Source: a virus
DNA: 64,000 bases
Strand: one strand, 5' to 3'
IMG/VR virus record: IMGVR_UViG_3300032093_000042
Coordinates: 32,001-96,000 of that record
Position numbers and translations under genes: made by a program. Below, piece after piece: positions 59,236-64,000 of the stretch. The notes under the pieces are model-generated. The model ran no database searches. It was not told where the DNA came from and was given only the letters and a program-made list of their open reading frames with translations. Positions within the stretch are counted from its first letter, which is position 1; the number at the start of each line of letters is the position of its first letter.

Positions 59236-60096
59236 AATATAAAAGTACACGATCTTTATCAATTCATATAAAATCTTCACATAAAATATCAACTGAAGAA
59301 TATTATATAAAATATATTAATATAAATAAAAGTGAATGTAGTTATTGTAAATCTAAAACAAGATTTGTGTCTCTAGGAGATGGGTATTCAAAATACTGTG
59401 GTATTAAATGTTCAAAAGTACATTATTATAGTGATGTAAATAATAGGATTTTTGTATCGGAGAAAACAAAGATTGCTATGAAAAATCCTATCGTTAAAGA
59501 AAAAATGTCTAAGTTTTTTTTGAAAAAAAAAATCAAAGGAAACTTTAGAAAAAATGAGCATATCCAGTAAAAAAAGATTTGAAGATGAAAATTTTAAAAA
59601 AAAGATATATACCAAAGAAAGAAATGAAAAAATATCAATAGCAAAAAAGAAATATTGGGATACACATCCGGAAGAGAAAAAACGTGTGGGTCAAATATGG
59701 AAAACGTTGAAAGAAGAAGACGAATCCAGGTGGAGGGAAAATTTATTAAGAGCATCTAGGTTAGGATTTAAAAAAATTTTTTCTCCATCAGGAAACACAT
59801 CGTTGGAGGAAAAATTATATAAACAACTAGAGTTAGAAAATATAAAATATATACCACAATATGTTATAGATTATAAAGTATTTGACGCGTATTTACCTGA
59901 TTATAATCTAGTAATTGAGGTAGATGGTATGTTTTGGCATCCAAAATCGTTGGACGAGTGTAAATATAAATTTCAAAAAACATCATATTTTAATGATTTA
60001 GAAAAAGAAAATTTATTAAAACAAAAAGATATAAAATTAATACGAATACGAGAAAATGAATTTCCAGAATCAATCATTAACGTTATAAATAAATAA
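59202..60096 (+). pseudogene. frameshifted homing endonuclease (C2H2 and Cys clusters + NUMOD3-like + Vsr/DUF559-like nuclease)
   Basis: ORFs 59202..59570 and 59554..60096 join across T8-G-A10 (59514-59532) to give KKSKETLEKMS; C-terminal FDAYL...VIEVDGMFWH...D..K...LIRI.E. Confidence 0.75.
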
Positions 60097-60118
60097 TATT
60101 TATATATTTATATATTAT

Positions 60119-60688
60119 ATGGCAGCCCCAGTAACACCACAATATCCAAAACAAAATCCAACCTTTCCCCAATATTGGACAAATGGTAGAAAAGATATTG
60201 GTATATATAATCCCAATTATTCGCCAGGAAGATATTTTTCTCCCAGAGACATTAATATGTTGAGTTCGGTTAATGCCGAATTGTTGGGTGATATTATTGA
60301 AAACGTAGTACAAGTGTTTAAGATCGCTACATATGAAACTGTTATCAACATATACGGCGAAAGTAGTAGTGAAAAAGGTAAAGTATTTTATCCGGGCATT
60401 AATATGACTGCTTTAATTCAACGTGAAGATTTAAATGCAGAAAATCAACAATTTGGTCCTGACAGAAAACAGGATATTGTTTATAGATTTAGAGAACGTG
60501 ATTGTATAGTTACTAACTTTTTCCCTGAAATCGGTGATTTAGTTCTTTACAATGAACGTTATTATGAAATAGATAACGTTGTACAAGAACAATTTTTAGG
60601 TGGACATCCAGATAAATCATGGAGTTTGATAGTAAATACACACTATACTAGAATAAGCAAATTGAATTTGGTAGAAAGACAAACTTAA
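60119..60688 (+). CDS. neck/head-closure protein (gp14-like)
   Basis: NIYGES..K.FY, FG, PEIGDLV.YN..YYEI..V; lies between gp13-like and gp15-like genes. Confidence 0.8.
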   Translation: MAAPVTPQYPKQNPTFPQYWTNGRKDIGIYNPNYSPGRYFSPRDINMLSSVNAELLGDIIENVVQVFKIATYETVINIYGESSSEKGKVFYPGINMTALIQREDLNAENQQFGPDRKQDIVYRFRERDCIVTNFFPEIGDLVLYNERYYEIDNVVQEQFLGGHPDKSWSLIVNTHYTRISKLNLVERQT

Positions 60689-60691
60689 TTT

Positions 60692-62161
60692 ATGCCTTGG
60701 GGACCAAATAACATTAATGACAGTAATAATTCACCAAATCCCATTGAAAATAATAAAAATCAATCGGATGTAAAAAAGAATTATAATCGTGCATATGCAG
60801 TACGACGTGATACCGATAAAGAAAAAAATGTTACAATTACGTTATTGGATATAGATACGGCTATTATTACAACATTAGAAAGTCAATTAAAATTGCAGGT
60901 AAACGATAATGGTGAAACAATAAAAGTACCTGTAATATATGGTAATCCGGAAAGATGGGTTGCTATGAAAAAAGATGGTGGTATACGAGATAATCAAGGT
61001 AAAATTTTGTTACCAGCGATGATGATTCGTAGAAAGAGTGTTGAAAATAATAAAGAGTTAGCCACGTTTAATCGTTATTTGACGTATCAAACAATAATGA
61101 ATTATTCGGAAAAAAATAAATACGACAGATTTGATCTGATGAATAAGGATCTGTTTCCGAGTAAGCCAACTAAACAAATACTTAACGTTTCTTTACCTGT
61201 ACATATAAATGTTACATATGAATGTATTATATGGACGGATTATGTTGATCAAAACAATAAATTACTGGAACAAATAAATTATGCAGCAAAAGATTATTGG
61301 GGTGATCGTGAAAGATATAAGTTCAGAGCTAGAATAGATAATTATACTATAGATCAAGAAGTTAATGACGGCGAAGATCGTAATATTAAAACTACGTTTG
61401 ATTTAAATGTAAATGCTTACCTTTTAAACGAAAATTTTACAACAAGTATGAGTGGTATCAAAAATACCACATCAAAGATTTTTACAGTAAGAAAAATAAG
61501 ATTACAAGAAAATGCTGTTTCTTCTGCATCCGAAATGGATGATATTGTACATAACACGGATACTACAAATGTAAAAGATAAACCGTTTGACTATGTTGAT
61601 ATAACAGGTCAAGGTACAATGGAATTGCAACAAAATGATATTAAAAATAATACGGGGTATAACAAAATTGAACCCGGAAAAATTATTAAAACATTTTTTC
61701 ACCCAGCTCCAAAGTCTTCAACAGATTATGGTGAAAATGGTTGGTTAGCTTATGATTCACAATACATTTATGTTTATCAATATCCATTGGGATGGTTAAA
61801 AAGAGAAATATCAACATTTGATTATGATTATAGCAGTCAAACTTATATAAGCGGATATGACTGTAATGGCAATCCTATTTATACCACGACAAATAGAAGA
61901 CCCATAAATACCGCGTTTAGAATATTTCAAAGATTTCCAGATAAATTTTATCATCAAGTACCTTATCAATCAAGTGATTATGGTCAAGATGGATGGATAA
62001 GTTATGACGGTAGTTATTTTTATATTTATAGTCAAGGACAATGGCGACGTGTACCAATAAATGTATTTTCTCCTGTTACGGCTGATAATACATATTTGAG
62101 ACCAGACGGCATTTCTTTTTATATAAGACCAGATGGAGTATCTATTTATTTAAGACCATAA
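60692..62161 (+). CDS. tail terminator/sheath stabiliser (gp15-like) with a C-terminal extension
   Basis: IKVPVIYG.PERW, LPAM, P....VTY...IWT...Q.N..LEQI; extension has two YG..GW..YD..Y.Y.Y..G.W.R modules. Confidence 0.75.
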   Translation: MPWGPNNINDSNNSPNPIENNKNQSDVKKNYNRAYAVRRDTDKEKNVTITLLDIDTAIITTLESQLKLQVNDNGETIKVPVIYGNPERWVAMKKDGGIRDNQGKILLPAMMIRRKSVENNKELATFNRYLTYQTIMNYSEKNKYDRFDLMNKDLFPSKPTKQILNVSLPVHINVTYECIIWTDYVDQNNKLLEQINYAAKDYWGDRERYKFRARIDNYTIDQEVNDGEDRNIKTTFDLNVNAYLLNENFTTSMSGIKNTTSKIFTVRKIRLQENAVSSASEMDDIVHNTDTTNVKDKPFDYVDITGQGTMELQQNDIKNNTGYNKIEPGKIIKTFFHPAPKSSTDYGENGWLAYDSQYIYVYQYPLGWLKREISTFDYDYSSQTYISGYDCNGNPIYTTTNRRPINTAFRIFQRFPDKFYHQVPYQSSDYGQDGWISYDGSYFYIYSQGQWRRVPINVFSPVTADNTYLRPDGISFYIRPDGVSIYLRP

Positions 62162-62165
62162 TTAT

Positions 62166-64000
62166 ATGCCAAATTTAACAGTATCAAACGTAATTGACAC
62201 ATTTATGCAATCTGCTACTCAAGCAGATGCTCGTACAGCTTTAGGTATATCCAGTATAGTAGGTAGTTCCGGTTCTGCTGGATCAAGCGGCAATTCAGGT
62301 ACAAATGGAAGTAGTGGAAGTTCAGGCACAACGGGTACAAGTGGTAGTTCTGGATCAAGTGGTACATCAGGTAATAGTGGTACACACGGTACAAGTGGTG
62401 AAAATGGAAGTAGTGGTACAAGTGGTACCAGCGGCGTCAGTGGTATTTCAGGCGGTGCAATTTTATATTTTAATACGTCTGTACCACAATCTCCATACAA
62501 AGAAATTTCTATAACGCCTACCGGTAACATTGAAATAACTTCTAGTATCTTTATTGCTAGTGGTAGTACGTCAATATTAGAATCATATCAAACTCCTGTT
62601 GGATATCCAAATGTAACCAGTATTCCGGCCGGTATTTGGTCAATGTTTTTACACACGTCAAAACTAAACGCTTCGTCATCATTTGAAATATCAACAGACG
62701 TTTATGCTAGATCAGGTAGTTCAGAGGTTTATTTGTTTTCTACAGATCCAGTAGATGTTACGTCGGTTTTGGTGCCTAGTATGGTTATAACCGATGTATA
62801 TGAGTCGGGATATAGTCTGTCCACACAAGATAGAATTGTAGTAAAGATTATAGCTAAAAATAAAAATGTCTTTACAGACAAAATAACTTTTTATACCGAA
62901 GGACAGTTACATTATTCATATTCACAAACTACACTCGGTTCCGTTAGTGGTACAAGTGGTAGTAGCGGTACAAGCGGCATTAATGGTAGCAGTGGTACAG
63001 GTGGTAGTAGTGGTAGTAGCGGTACAACCGGTAGTAGTGGATCATCTGGTAGTAGTGGTAGTAGCGGTACAAGTGGTACAACAGGTACAAGTGGTAGCAG
63101 CGGTACAAGTGGCAGCAGTGGTACGTCAGGTACAAGTGGCACAACCGGCAGTAGTGGTAGTAGCGGTACAACCGGCAGTAGTGGTACAAGTGGAATTAGT
63201 GGCAGTAGTGGCAGTAGTGGCAGTAGTGGCAGTAGTGGCAGTAGTGGTACCAGTGGTGTAGGAGGTAGCAGTGGTACAAGCGGCATTAGTGGTAGCAGTG
63301 GCACAAGTGGCACAGTTGGAAGTAGTGGTAGTAGCGGTACAAGTGGAAGTAGTGGCAGCAGTGGTAGCAGTGGTGTAGGAGGTAGCAGCGGTAGTAGTGG
63401 TTTAAATGGAAGTAGTGGTACAAGCGGTACTACCGGTAGCAGTGGTACAAGCGGTAGTAGCGGTAGCAGTGGCATTGGTAGTAGTGGCAGTGCTGGTTCA
63501 GCTGGTACAGGTGGTAGTAGTGGTACCAGTTTTGGTACGAGTGGTAGTAGCGGCAGTAGTGGTACAGGAATAAGCGGATCTGCCGGATCCGCTGGTACGG
63601 GTGGTAGTAGTGGTACCAGTTTTGGTACGAGTGGTAGTAGTGGAACTGACGGCACAAGCGGTAGTAGTGGAACTACCGGTACAAGTGGAAGTAGTGGAAC
63701 TACCGGTACAAGCGGTAGTAGCGGTACAAGTGGAATTGGTGGTAGTAGTGGTACAAGTGGTAGCAGTGGAACTACCGGTACAAGTGGTAGCAGTGGAACC
63801 ACCGGTACAAGTGGTAGCAGCGGTAGTAGTGGTACAAGCGGAATTAGTGGCAGTAGTGGTACAAGCGGAATTAGTGGCAGTAGTGGCAGTAGTGGCAGTA
63901 GTGGTACCAGTGGTGTAGGAGGTAGCAGTGGTACAAGCGGCATTAGTGGTAGCAGTGGCACAAGTGGCACGGTTGGTAGTAGTGGCACAAGCGGAGTCGG
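62166..64000 (+). CDS. collagen-like (G-S/T-S) tail-fibre protein, partial; runs off the window and is absent from the ORF track
   Basis: ATG 62166 MPNLTVSNVIDTFMQSATQADARTALG, open to the window end; Gly every third residue at about 62262-62455 and 62945-64000, separated by a globular domain (IPAGIW...DRIVVK). Confidence 0.85.
   Translation, partial: MPNLTVSNVIDTFMQSATQADARTALGISSIVGSSGSAGSSGNSGTNGSSGSSGTTGTSGSSGSSGTSGNSGTHGTSGENGSSGTSGTSGVSGISGGAILYFNTSVPQSPYKEISITPTGNIEITSSIFIASGSTSILESYQTPVGYPNVTSIPAGIWSMFLHTSKLNASSSFEISTDVYARSGSSEVYLFSTDPVDVTSVLVPSMVITDVYESGYSLSTQDRIVVKIIAKNKNVFTDKITFYTEGQLHYSYSQTTLGSVSGTSGSSGTSGINGSSGTGGSSGSSGTTGSSGSSGSSGSSGTSGTTGTSGSSGTSGSSGTSGTSGTTGSSGSSGTTGSSGTSGISGSSGSSGSSGSSGSSGTSGVGGSSGTSGISGSSGTSGTVGSSGSSGTSGSSGSSGSSGVGGSSGSSGLNGSSGTSGTTGSSGTSGSSGSSGIGSSGSAGSAGTGGSSGTSFGTSGSSGSSGTGISGSAGSAGTGGSSGTSFGTSGSSGTDGTSGSSGTTGTSGSSGTTGTSGSSGTSGIGGSSGTSGSSGTTGTSGSSGTTGTSGSSGSSGTSGISGSSGTSGISGSSGSSGSSGTSGVGGSSGTSGISGSSGTSGTVGSSGTSGV
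62945..64000 (+). repeat. 9-bp-period coding repeat (ggt agt agt / ggt aca agt) with duplicated blocks
   Basis: Continuous GSS/GTS triplets; block at about 63244-63313 recurs at about 63901-63970; GTSFGTS interruption occurs twice. Confidence 0.9.

Noticed and set aside
4752-61702. Many 60-145 aa minus-strand or off-frame ORFs nested in long genes (e.g. 10299..10598, 18328..18699, 40299..40736, 41666..42064, 42487..42816, 50805..51173)
   Set aside because: They overlap well-supported genes, have no motifs or start signals, and are expected by chance
62912-63988. 358-aa minus-strand Pro/Leu/Val ORF and the other short ORFs in 62215-63918
   Set aside because: Antisense or off-frame shadows of the GSS/GTS repeat; the real gene is the + strand frame from ATG 62166
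1-64000. Stop-codon reassignment, tRNA/rRNA genes, integrase or transposase
   Set aside because: Conserved genes are full length in the standard code, and no cloverleaf, rRNA or recombinase motifs were seen; intergenic gaps are short and AT-rich

Overview
This AT-rich 64 kb window comes from a large T4-like (myovirus, contractile-tail) bacteriophage. Almost all genes are on the + strand and use the standard genetic code. It holds most of the virion module: Ser/Gly-repeat tail fibres, a gp5-like spike, gp25/gp6-like and other baseplate proteins, a 1314-aa tail sheath, large terminase, portal, prohead protease, scaffold, major capsid protein, gp13/14/15-like neck proteins and a collagen-like G-S/T-S fibre that runs off the end. 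It also carries Hsp20, a gp55-like late sigma factor, RuvC, primase, a fused Mre11-Rad50 (SbcD-SbcC) and a Mom-like DNA-modification gene. Five things stand out. (1) TerL is fractured by an atypically split intein (35-aa IntN, 114-aa IntC) with a free-standing endonuclease gene between the halves. (2) Three glycosyltransferase genes, one with a TibC/Aah-type protein O-heptosyltransferase domain, sit next to structural proteins full of Ser/Thr-Gly repeats, which suggests a virion glycosylation system. (3) Several enzyme-like proteins share an N-terminal M(I/K)xLxxLLxE peptide that resembles a capsid-targeting, protease-cleaved leader. (4) An oriented TA(T/C/A)TTAT(A/T) motif lies just upstream of about 20 late genes, mostly 3-6 nt before the ATG. 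(5) Homing-endonuclease genes occur at three stages of decay. No tRNA, rRNA or CRISPR array was seen. All calls come from reading motifs by eye; no database search was run.
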